A DNA stretch of 47,485 bases, from assembly GCF_004010195.1 (NCBI RefSeq), contig NC_057720.1:20773839-20821323 (forward strand), given 5' to 3'. A model generated the notes under the pieces. It searched no databases, was not told the origin of the DNA, and saw nothing but the letters and a program-made list of their open reading frames with translations. Numbering within the stretch: position 1 is the first letter of the stretch; the number at the start of each line of letters is the position of its first letter. Positions 1-9,990 of the stretch are shown piece by piece. The DNA is from Chiloscyllium plagiosum (taxonomy: Eukaryota). The position numbers and the translations under genes were made by a program.

Positions 1-713
1 CTGAGAAATAAGATAGGGATGATCACCTTATTGGGATTGTATTACAGACCCCCTAATTGTCAGAGGGAAATTGAGAAACAAACTTATAAGGAGATCTCAG
101 CTATCTGTAAGAATAATAGGGTAGTTATGGTAGGGGATTTTAACTTTCCAAACATCGACTGGGACTGCCATAGTGTTAAAGGTTTAGATGGAGAGGAATT
201 TGTTAAGTGTGTACAAGACAATTTTCTGATTCAGTATGTGGATGTACCTACTAGAGAAGGTGCAAAACTTGACCTACTCTTGGGAAATAAGGCAGGGCAG
301 GTGACTGAGGTGTCAGTGGGGGAGCACTTTGGGGCCAGCAGGCATAATTCTATTCGTTTTAAAATAGCGATGGAAAAGGATAGACCAGATCTAAAACGTT
401 GAAGTTCTAAATGGGAGAAAGGCCAATTTTGACGGTATTAGGCAAGAACTTTCAAAAGCTGATTGGAGGCACATGTTTGCAGGTAAAGGGACGACTGGAA
501 AATGGGAAGCCTTCAGAAATGAGATAACAAGAATCCAGAGAAAGTATATTCCTGTCAGGGTGAAAGGGAAGGCTGGTAGGTATGGGGAATGCTGGATGAC
601 TAAAGAAATTGAGGGTTTGGTCAAGAAAAAGAAGGAAGCATATGTAAGGTATAGATAGGATAGATCGAGTGAACCCTTAGAAGAGTATAAAGGAAGTAGG
701 AATATACTTAAGA
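1..713 (+). mobile_element. CR1-clade LINE ORF2 fragment (AP endonuclease C-terminal half and linker), disrupted
   Basis: Motifs GLYYRPP, VGDFNFPNIDW, PTREGAKLDLLL and ASRHNSI. Frame shifts near 400 and there is a stop at 656-658. Confidence 0.93.
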
Positions 714-1694
714 NNNNNNNNNNNNNNNNNNNNNNNNNNNNNNNNNNNNNNNNNNNNNNNNNNNNNNNNNNNNNNNNNNNNNNNNNNNNNNNNNNNNNNN
801 NNNNNNNNNNNNNNNNNNNNNNNNNNNNNNNNNNNNNNNNNNNNNNNNNNNNNNNNNNNNNNNNNNNNNNNNNNNNNNNNNNNNNNNNNNNNNNNNNNNN
901 NNNNNNNNNNNNNNNNNNNNNNNNNNNNNNNNNNNNNNNNNNNNNNNNNNNNNNNNNNNNNNNNNNNNNNNNNNNNNNNNNNNNNNNNNNNNNNNNNNNN
1001 NNNNNNNNNNNNNNNNNNNNNNNNNNNNNNNNNNNNNNNNNNNNNNNNNNNNNNNNNNNNNNNNNNNNNNNNNNNNNNNNNNNNNNNNNNNNNNNNNNNN
1101 NNNNNNNNNNNNNNNNNNNNNNNNNNNNNNNNNNNNNNNNNNNNNNNNNNNNNNNNNNNNNNNNNNNNNNNNNNNNNNNNNNNNNNNNNNNNNNNNNNNN
1201 NNNNNNNNNNNNNNNNNNNNNNNNNNNNNNNNNNNNNNNNNNNNNNNNNNNNNNNNNNNNNNNNNNNNNNNNNNNNNNNNNNNNNNNNNNNNNNNNNNNN
1301 NNNNNNNNNNNNNNNNNNNNNNNNNNNNNNNNNNNNNNNNNNNNNNNNNNNNNNNNNNNNNNNNNNNNNNNNNNNNNNNNNNNNNNNNNNNNNNNNNNNN
1401 NNNNNNNNNNNNNNNNNNNNNNNNNNNNNNNNNNNNNNNNNNNNNNNNNNNNNNNNNNNNNNNNNNNNNNNNNNNNNNNNNNNNNNNNNNNNNNNNNNNN
1501 NNNNNNNNNNNNNNNNNNNNNNNNNNNNNNNNNNNNNNNNNNNNNNNNNNNNNNNNNNNNNNNNNNNNNNNNNNNNNNNNNNNNNNNNNNNNNNNNNNNN
1601 NNNNNNNNNNNNNNNNNNNNNNNNNNNNNNNNNNNNNNNNNNNNNNNNNNNNNNNNNNNNNNNNNNNNNNNNNNNNNNNNNNNNNNNNNNNNNN
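714..1694. other. Assembly gap (981 N)
   Basis: Run of N flanked on both sides by same-strand CR1 sequence. Confidence 1.
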
Positions 1695-2240
1695 GGCCAT
1701 GTTGCGGCTGTACAGGACATTGGTTAGGCCACTGTTGGAATATAGCGAGCAATTCTGGTCTCCTTCCTATCGGAAAGAATGTTGCCAGGGTTGGAAGATC
1801 TGAGCTACAGGGAGAGGCTGAACAGGCTGGGGCTGTTTTCCCTGGAGCGTTGGAGGCTAAGGAGTGACCTTATAGAGGTTTACAAAATTATGAGGGGCAT
1901 GGATAGGAAAAATAGACAAAGTCTTTTCCTAAGGGTCAGGGAGTCCAGAATCAGAGGCATAGGTTTAGGGTGAGGGGGAAAAATATAAAAGAGACCTAAG
2001 GGGCAACTTTTTCATGCAGAGGGTGGTACATGTATGGAATGAGCTGCCAGAGGATGTGGTGGAGGCTGGTACAATTGCAACATTTAAGAGGCATTTGGAT
2101 GGGTATATAAATAGGAAGGGTTTGGAGGGATATGGGTTGGGTGCTGGCAGGTGGGACTAGCTGGGTTGGGATATCTGGTTGGCATGGACGGGTTGGACCG
2201 AAGGGTCTGTTTCCATGCTGTACATCTCTATGACTATCTA
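1695..2240 (+). mobile_element. CR1 LINE 3' end, probably the same element as 1-713
   Basis: LYRTLVRPLLEY and SYRERLNRLGLFSLERWRLRSDLIEVYKIM, then 3' UTR ggaccgaagggtctgtttccatgctgt and a tctatgact-type tail. Confidence 0.9.
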
Positions 2241-2303
2241 TATTGACTGGATGACCATTACAATCAGTGAGCATGAACAGTAAAGATTAAGTCATCTGTC
2301 GTT

Positions 2304-2440
2304 ATACAATGAATGTTCTTAACCTTGTTAACTGGCTTCACACAATGAATGCTTTTCATCTTGTTAACTGACTTTACTTAATTAATGCTTTCTCATCTTA
2401 TTAAATGGCTTTATATAAGAAATGCTTTTTCACTTCGTCA
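2304..2440. repeat. Degenerate minisatellite, about 36-37 bp unit, about 4 copies
   Basis: Recurring acaatgaatg(c/t)ttt..catcttgttaactg(g/a)ctt units. Confidence 0.75.
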
Positions 2441-3602
2441 ACCCACTACCTTTGTCTCCAGCATCTCATTGTTTACTGCAAGTTCTTACCTGATCCAAGT
2501 CATGCTTGCTGAGCCTTTGTCTCACGTTACCCAAAACCTAACTCTTTCCCTACCTGGTCATACCTTATTCACTGTCTCACACACCTTAATAAACTTTAAG
2601 TGTTTGCAGAGGCTGGTGTGTGAAACCTTGAGGAAAGAACCTAACAGAAGTGTCTTATGGACAGAGATTGGACAAAGTGGGCTGGTATTCTGAGGTTTAG
2701 ATGACTGAGAGGTGATCTCATTGAAACTTAGAAATTAAATTCTAAGAAAATAAGATGAGTCCTTCTTGTAAAGTTGCCAGCCCAAAGTGCAGTGTTTGCA
2801 TATTAGCCTCCAAGTAAGTCCCACTTGTAATCGTCTCATCCTTCCAAACAAAAAGGATGACTTCTGATGAGTACATCCAAGTGTCGATGGTGGAAGAGGA
2901 AAGGAAGGCAGGAAGGAACAAAAACAATTTTACCCATTTTGTGTTTTAAATAGATGCTGTACATGAACTTCCTAATCATATCATTTTTTCTAAAACTTAT
3001 TTCTCCACACTACAATTGAATGCCCAACATTACAGAGGTAGGGGTGCAAGTTGTTTTTGTCTGCCTCTTAGGCCAACCAAGGACGGTGTCATTTTCAAAA
3101 CCATGAGTACATTAATGGCTTCAAGTCTAGCTGTTGTAATGAACATTAAGATCTGTTTTTTTTTCTATCCAACCATTGATTCCATTGATGGAATTATTAA
3201 CATTCCTTTTGGCAAAGAAAAGTGAAACAAATGTATGGCACTCACTCACCACTAACAAAAAAGCTAAAGTTAAAATCACCAGTGCTACCAGATCATAGAG
3301 CTCCTCTCTGATTAGATATAGATAATTGGTGGTCATTTAATCACAGTCACCACACTGTCAGGGAAAGTTCAGGAGAGTCCTTCATGGTAACCTCAGCCAG
3401 TACGGGAATTGAACTCATTCTTTGCTACCACTCTGCATTACAAACCATCCACCCAGCCAACTGAGTTTACCTACCAACTACACAATATGTATTCTAAAAA
3501 ATTCAAAATTACAAAAAAATGGCACAAATCACACAAGGGGTAAAAGTGCAGAAAGAGACCATTTAGCTATCATGCCTATACTAGCTCTCTAAACGAGCAT
3601 GT

Positions 3603-4125
3603 TTTAAGTTTGCTCGCTGAGCTGGTAGATTTGTTCTCACACGTTTCATCGCCATGCTAGGTAACATCATCAGCGAGCCTCCAATGAAGCACTGGTGTTC
3701 TGTCCCGTACGCTACTTGGATGTCTTGGTCTGTTGTGATGAGCGATATCATTTCTGGTTCTTTTCCTGAGATGTTGGTAAATGGGGTCCAAATCAATATG
3801 TTTATTAATGGAATTCCTGTTTTAATGCCAGGCCTCTAGGAATTCCCATGTGTGTCTTTGTTTAGCCTGTCCCAGGATGGATGGATTGTCCGAGTTGAAC
3901 TGGTGTCCCTCTTTGTCTGTGTGTATGGATTCTTGTGATAGTTGGTCATGTCATTTGGTGGCTCGTTGGTCCTCATGCATCCTGGCAGCTACTTTCCTGC
4001 CCGTCTGTCCAAAGTAATATTTGTTGTAGTCCTTGCTGGGTATTTTGTACATGATGTTCACTCTGCTGGTTGTTGGTACGGGGTTGTTTAAATTCGTCAG
4101 AAGTTGTTGGCAAAGCCAGATTTGT
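3603..4125 (-). mobile_element. Penelope-like element 3' fragment (GIY-YIG endonuclease and terminus with hammerhead-like motif)
   Basis: NIMYKIPSKDYNKYYFGQTGRKVAARMHE is GIY-YIG-like. The terminus reads CTGATGA-TGTTACC-TAGCAT-GGCGAT-GAAACGTG on minus (3673-3640). Confidence 0.85.
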
Positions 4126-4139
4126 TGCTCTTCCTTAGT

Positions 4140-4471
4140 GGGCAGCATGGTGGCACAGTGGTTAGCACTGCTGCCTCACAGCGCCAGAGACCCAGGTTCA
4201 ATTCCCGCCTCAGGCGACTGTGTGGAGTTTGCACGTTCTCCCCGTGTCTGCGTGGGTTTTCTCCGGGTGCTCCGGTTTCCTCCCACAGTCCAAAGATGTG
4301 CAGGTCAGGTGAATTGGCCATGCTAAATTGCCTGTAGTGTTAGGTAAGGGGTAAACGTAGGGGTATGGGTGGGTTGCGCTTCGGCGGGTTGGTGTGGACT
4401 TGTTGGGCCGAAGGGCCTGTTTCCACACTGTAATGTAATCTAATCTAATCTAATCTAAAAAAAACAAAAAA
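4140..4471 (+). mobile_element. tRNA-derived V-SINE (HE1-like)
   Basis: A box TGGCACAGTGG, B box GGTTCAATTCC, V-domain gtggagtttgcacgttctccccgtgtctgcgtggg, CR1-like tail gggccgaagggcctgtttcc, then (TAATC)n and an A-rich end. Confidence 0.92.
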
Positions 4472-5128
4472 ACTGCCTATGAGTGGTGATGAAAAGCTGC
4501 CTTCTTAAACTGCTACACTTTTGGTGATGCAAGTACACCAACAACATTGTTAAGGAGGGAGTTTTACGTGGCTTAATGATGAATACTCAACCAGGTTTTA
4601 ACATCCAACTGTGGTAGCTCGATGGAATTGACTCATCTACTAGGCCATTTCAAAAGAGCAGGTAAAGGTCAATCACTTTGCAGTGGGTTACGGGTAGACG
4701 GGACCAGGTAAGGATTGCAGATTTCATTCCCTAAAGGATATTTGTGAACCTTAAGGATTGTTAAAGACAAATCAGTTATAGCTTCATGATTATTAATGAG
4801 ACGATTACTTTATCCCAGATTTGTAAACTGAATTTAAATGCCCCATCTGCCATGGTGAGATTTGAAGTGATGTCTTTTGATTTAGAATTCAGAAATACTA
4901 GTCCAGCAAGATTATCACATCCCTTAAAGTACAAACACAAAAAACATAGTTGTGAGGGCAGAAAAAGACATTTTTAGTTCAAAACTTATCAATTTGAAAG
5001 CCAATTTATTAGTATTTTACTTTAGTGATTGAATTAGGAATCAGTAGAACAGAACTAGATGCAAGGTCAATTTGTTTTTCAGCAACTCAATGCTACTCAG
5101 TATTCTTCATGGTACCCTTAAGGTGTAA

Positions 5129-5319
5129 TGATTTGGAGGTGCCGGTGTTGGATTGGGGTATACAAAGTTAACAATCACACATTATCAGGTTATAGTCCAG
5201 CAGGTTTATTTGGAAGCACTTGCTTTAGGATCGCTGCTCCTGATGAAGGAGCAGCGCTCCAAAAGTTAGTGCTACCAAATCAACCTGTTGGACTATAACC
5301 TGGCATATGAGATTTTTAA
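5129..5319. mobile_element. Short fold-back element with hammerhead-like core, probably a PLE terminus; 12-bp TSD
   Basis: TSD cttaaggtgtaa at 5117-5128 and 5320-5331. Internal inverted repeat caggttatagtccagcaggttt / aacctgttggactataacctg around CTGATGAAGGAGCAGCGCTCC. Confidence 0.8.
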
Positions 5320-5579
5320 CTTAAGGTGTAACATACTGGATAACGAAAGAGTTAAAAAAAATTTTTCTACTTTGGTGTAAAGTTCATTGAGTGACTTTAG
5401 TCTAGGATAGAGGTGATAGTAGATATCAGCAAATAAACTGTCATTATGCATGAAGCCATTGTTCAGTACAATTTAATAATTGATAAATGTTGACGAGGTG
5501 ATAATCAGCAAATTGATAAGTAGGAGAGCACTCTTCAACGTTCCACCTCCTCCATTCTATGAAGAGATTACAAATGAAA

Positions 5580-5732
5580 TGAAGGTAAAATTCACACAGG
5601 TAATCGTCCAACAGGTTTATTTGGAGCACTAGCTTTTGGAGCACTGCTCCTTCATCAGGTAGCTGTGATGAAGGAACCTTACGTTGCCTGATTTTTAACT
5701 TTGTCTACCCCAGTCCAACACCGGCTCCTCCT
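5580..5732. mobile_element. Second copy of the same short element family, rearranged
   Basis: Shares acaggtttatttgg..gcactagcttttggagcactgctccttcatcagg and the end ccccagtccaacaccggc with 5129-5319. Candidate TSD caaatgaaa at 5571-5579 and 5733-5741. Confidence 0.7.
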
Positions 5733-7225
5733 CAAATGAAAAGAAAGCACTGTCTTTTTATGTTAGGTTATAAGTGTAATTATTACAATCCTCAAAACAT
5801 TTTCAACATGAAGAACACATACTCAAAAGACTAGTTTCTGTAATCAGGAAAGTGAGTGCTTTCATCAGGGCATGAATTCTAAACAGAAGTTTACAGTTTA
5901 CTGTAATTTTGGCATAATAACCACCTTATTTTCTCTGCACTCTTCACACAACATAGCTCAAGAAACACAAGTTACAAAAAGGCCTACAAGCAAATTTGAC
6001 ACCTACGCTTCACAACAGACCTTTCCACATTGCTGGCTATGTGGGAAGACACTTCTAAACTGGCTGTAGACAGCAGCTGTGTTAACTCGGGCAAATAATG
6101 CTACTACATCACTAACATTTGACAAAATAAGTGGAGGCTTTTGCAAAGAAACTGTCTCTTAAACCTTATCGTTCAAAATACATTTTACTCACATGTTTTA
6201 AATTACCAAAACACAATGAGAAAGAATGCAAAAACAATGCAGTAACAAAACCAAACTTGAGAGCCCAACCAAGCCCTAATTAGTGGGAGCCAGATATATA
6301 AACAAAAAAAAAGCCAGAGAGATTTGGTCAAAAGTTCAAACAATCAACAGATTTCAGATTTTCCTCTGGCAATGGGAGCAGTGAGATTTAAAAAAATAAC
6401 AGATTTTAAGAGGCTGCAGGAAATAAACTTCTTTCTTTCTTAACTAAATAGCAAGCCACCTAGACATTTGAAGCTGGGTAGTACACACTCCCTATTTCAC
6501 AATCCAAATCAGGGCTGACACTTTAGCCTTTCTCAGTTTCGTGAAAAAAGAGCAGCCACTCAGATGGAGCGCTAAAGCAGAACTGATCCATGCAGAGGCA
6601 GAGATGGACAGTCACCTTTCACTTTCTTGTTCTTACATAGTACAGTTTTAATCCCGTGTAAAGGTTTTAGCAGCAAATGTAGGAATTACTTTGACAAGGG
6701 TGTTTCTCTTCCCGTACCATCGCCCCAAAAGATTATTAACCTGATCTGATAATCATTTCAAGCACTATATCAAAGAAAATATTTATTTCCATTACACCTT
6801 TTAAGCTTAGAAATTACCATCAGCTGTATTATTTTATCCTACTTGCTATTTCTGTGTCAGTTTTCACCCACTGGTAAAACAGGATCTTAAAATTCCAATG
6901 AATGCATTCAGCTTACATTCACTATGTTGGCATAGCAATTTCAGGTATTGGTCTCAAATTGAGACTATATTGAATATTTTTAGAATAAAGATCTTCATAA
7001 ATTGATTGACACAGGGCATTAAAATCTTGAGAAAGATGGCAGCCAGCAACACTTCAACCTCATCTTATGTGACACCTGGGTATTGAACAATGAGGTGTAG
7101 CCTAACCTCCCCAGCAGCTAACATAGATCAGCAAGCACAAGTGTGATTGGAGAACAGGGACTTGAGACAGTTGGGGCATAATTTTTGGTGATCTCAAGCC
7201 TACAGGAAAGAATGTAGGAGGTTCA

Positions 7226-7968
7226 AAGTTTGGGAGAAGATTTGTAGCTCGGGTGCTCGTTGTTGTGGTTCTGTTTGCCGAGCTGGGAATTTGTGTTGCA
7301 GACTTTTCGTCCCCTGTCTAGGTGACATCCTCAGTGCTTGTGTGATGTTTCCTCCGGCATTTATAGTGATTTGTATCTGCCGCTTCCGGTTGTCAGTTCC
7401 AGCTGTCCGTTGCAGTGGTCGGTATATTGGGTCCAGGTCGATGTGCTTATTGATTGAATCTGTGGATGAGCGCCATGCCTCTAGGAATTCCTTGGCTGTT
7501 CTCTGTTTGGCTTGTCCTATAATAGTAGTGTTGTCCCAGTCAAACTCATGTTGCTTGTCATCTGAGTGTGTGGCTACTAAGGATAGCTGGTCATGTCGTT
7601 TCGTGGCTAGTTGGTGACCAGCTATCCATGGTAGCCACACACTCAGATGACAAGCAACATGAGTTTGACTGGGACAACACTACTATTATAGGACAAGCCA
7701 AACAGAGAACAACCAGGGAATTCCTAGAGGCATGGCTCTCATCCACAGATTCAATCAATAAGCACATCGACCTGGACCCAATATACTGGCCGCTGCAGCA
7801 GACAGCTGGAACTGACAACCGGAAGCGACAGATACAAATCACTATAAAAGCCGGAGGAAACATCACAGAAGCGCTTCACAGGAGGATCCTCAGTGCTTGG
7901 GAGGTCACCTAGACAGGGGACGAAACGTCTGCAACACAAATTCCCAGCTCGGCAAACAGAACCACAAC
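7226..7968. mobile_element. Palindromic Penelope-like element (two inverted 3' ends); 15-bp TSD
   Basis: Arms at about 7260-7593 and 7615-7968 are reverse complements, both encoding HEFDWDNTTIIGQAKQRT..EFLEAW..SINKHIDLDPIY. The spacer is 21 nt. TSD aatgt(a/g)ggaggttca at 7211-7225 and 7969-7983. Confidence 0.92.
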
Positions 7969-8004
7969 AATGTGGGAGGTTCACTAGACCTACACTTAGA
8001 ACAG

Positions 8005-8094
8005 GTAAAAGGGCTTTTGCCCGAAACGTCGATTTTGCCTGTCTTCGGATGCTGCCTGAATTGCTGTGCTCTTCCAGCACCACTGATCCAGAAT
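8005..8094 (+). mobile_element. 90-bp PLE terminus fragment; 16-bp TSD
   Basis: gggcttttgcccgaaacgtcgatt..ggatgctgcctga..ttccagcaccac, with a perfect TSD cctacacttagaacag at 7989-8004 and 8095-8110. Confidence 0.85.
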
Positions 8095-8199
8095 CCTACA
8101 CTTAGAACAGTTTGAAGTCTACAAGTAACAAAAATAAGGATCAGGCTTTCAGCAGATAAGGTGAAGGGAGATACAATCAGACCATATTATGGAACTGAA

Positions 8200-8830
8200 G
8201 ATGAATAATCTTATAGATGTCACATACATGCAGCCAAAAATTCACTGTACAGTCAAACTGGCCACCAAGGTTGCAAACTGTCAACTTCAGCTTCATAACA
8301 ATGCCCATGGGTTAAACGGAGTCAGTCACTTAAAAACAATCTGCACTGGGAACCAAAGATAACCATTTTGTTGCACCATCATTTTGTCGCAAGAAACTTC
8401 TGATGGTCCAGTAATGCATGCTGAAGAAGCTTTTGAACGATTTAGAAAAGAGAGAGATTGGAGAGAGAGGGGTGATGGAAAGAGTTGAGTAATGTCATCA
8501 TGCATGTAGAATCCGACATGGTCCTTTCACATGATGTTGAGGGGCAGCATGCACCTGAGAATTAGAAAGGGACCAAGACTGCTTGGGAAGAGAACCCATT
8601 GCAGGAATGTTCTCATGAGGTCAACCATGGTGTAGATAGGTCAGGAAGGGCAAGGAGGAATAATTTATCTATGTCAGTCATGCAAAATGTAATTTACAAC
8701 TATGACAGAACTGACTGGAAGAGTTAAACAGGATGCCTGAGAAAGGCATGGAGGAAATAATATTCAAAATGTCTGTGAAGAAAAGGAGGTTGGAGATGGT
8801 GTAATACTTTGCAAGGATGGGCAATGTGTT
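8200..8830 (-). mobile_element. Old, degenerate LINE RT remnant (L2-like)
   Basis: Minus strand near 8485-8550 reads MLPL..FYMHDDITQL, resembling the L2 YMLPLG..FHxYADDTQL motif. Confidence 0.5.
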
Positions 8831-9269
8831 GTTTTTTTTTAAAAGGAGACTTTTCCAGTGGAGGGAGCAACCTCAGAAAAATAGTTTGTTTGAGCAGAAA
8901 AACAAACACTTCATATACAGGCAGTCCTCAGGTTGGAAACAGGTTCTGTCCTGGAGCCTGTTCACATGTCAATTTGTATGCAAGTCAGAATACAACACAA
9001 GGAACTGTAAGTGCAGGAAACGTTCGAACGTCAATCTTTAAAATTACATCCCTGCATGAGATTGCATTCCTAAGTGCAAGCTTCATAAAATCGAGGACTC
9101 TCTGTATTTGGACAATCTCTCGGTATACAAAAATCTGAATGACAGAAAGTGACCTTGGAATACTATGTACACTAGGTCACCTGGTTGGTAGGAGAATAGT
9201 GAAAGTAGTAAATTTAGGATAGATATTTGGTAAACTGCATAGTAACAATGCAGACTAGAAACACAAACA

Positions 9270-9990
9270 GAAAATGAGTATACCATTCAGCCCTTTGAGC
9301 CTGCTCTGCCATTCAATACGACCATGGCAGATCTTCTGAGTACCCTGTTCCTGCTTTCTTGCCACATCTTTTGACCCTTTGAGTCCCAAAAACTATATCT
9401 AAATCTTTGTGAAAACATTCAATGTTTTGGCCTCAACTACCTTCTGTGGCAGAAAATTCTACAGACTCAATACTTTCTGGGTTAAAAAATGTATCTTCTC
9501 AGTCCTAAATGACATTTCCTTAGACTGTGTTTCCTCGGTCCTGGACTTCCCAGATTATCAGGAACATCCTGACTGCATTCACATTGTCTACAAAATTCTA
9601 TGAGATACTACCTCATTTTTCAAATTGCCAGCAAATTTATCCAACTAATTTAGCATCCTATCATGCATCAGTTCTGCCATCCCAGCAATCAATCTGGTAA
9701 ATCTTTGTTGCACACTTTCCATAGCCAGAACATCTTTCCTAAGATAGTGAGACCAACATGACACCGAACAGTCAAGGTATGGTTCCACCTGTATATTGCA
9801 ACAAGACATCCTCCTACCTGTATTCAACACTATGAAGGCCAAAATATCATTTGCCTTCTTCACTATTTGCATGTTTATTCTCATTGCATCATCCCCTTTC
9901 TACGTGTATTGAGAAATAATAATTTGCTTTTTTGTTCTTGCTACCAAAGTGGATAACCTCACATTTATCCATGTTATACTTCATCTTCAG
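9270..9990 (-). mobile_element. Degenerate CR1 LINE 3' fragment
   Basis: VKKANDILAFI, YLRKDVLAMESVQQRFTRLI, and the tail ccattcagccctttgagcctgctctgccattcaat on +. Confidence 0.8.

Noticed and set aside
391..1752. Long ORFs of 330-453 aa on the minus strand
   Set aside because: Artefacts of translating the N gap.
2304..2440. 36-37 bp periodic repeat superficially like a CRISPR array
   Set aside because: Units are contiguous and degenerate with no unique spacers, there are no cas genes, and the context is eukaryotic.
4140..4215. tRNA gene-like A and B boxes (also in the other SINE copies)
   Set aside because: They are SINE heads continuous with V-domain and LINE-like tails, not tRNA genes.
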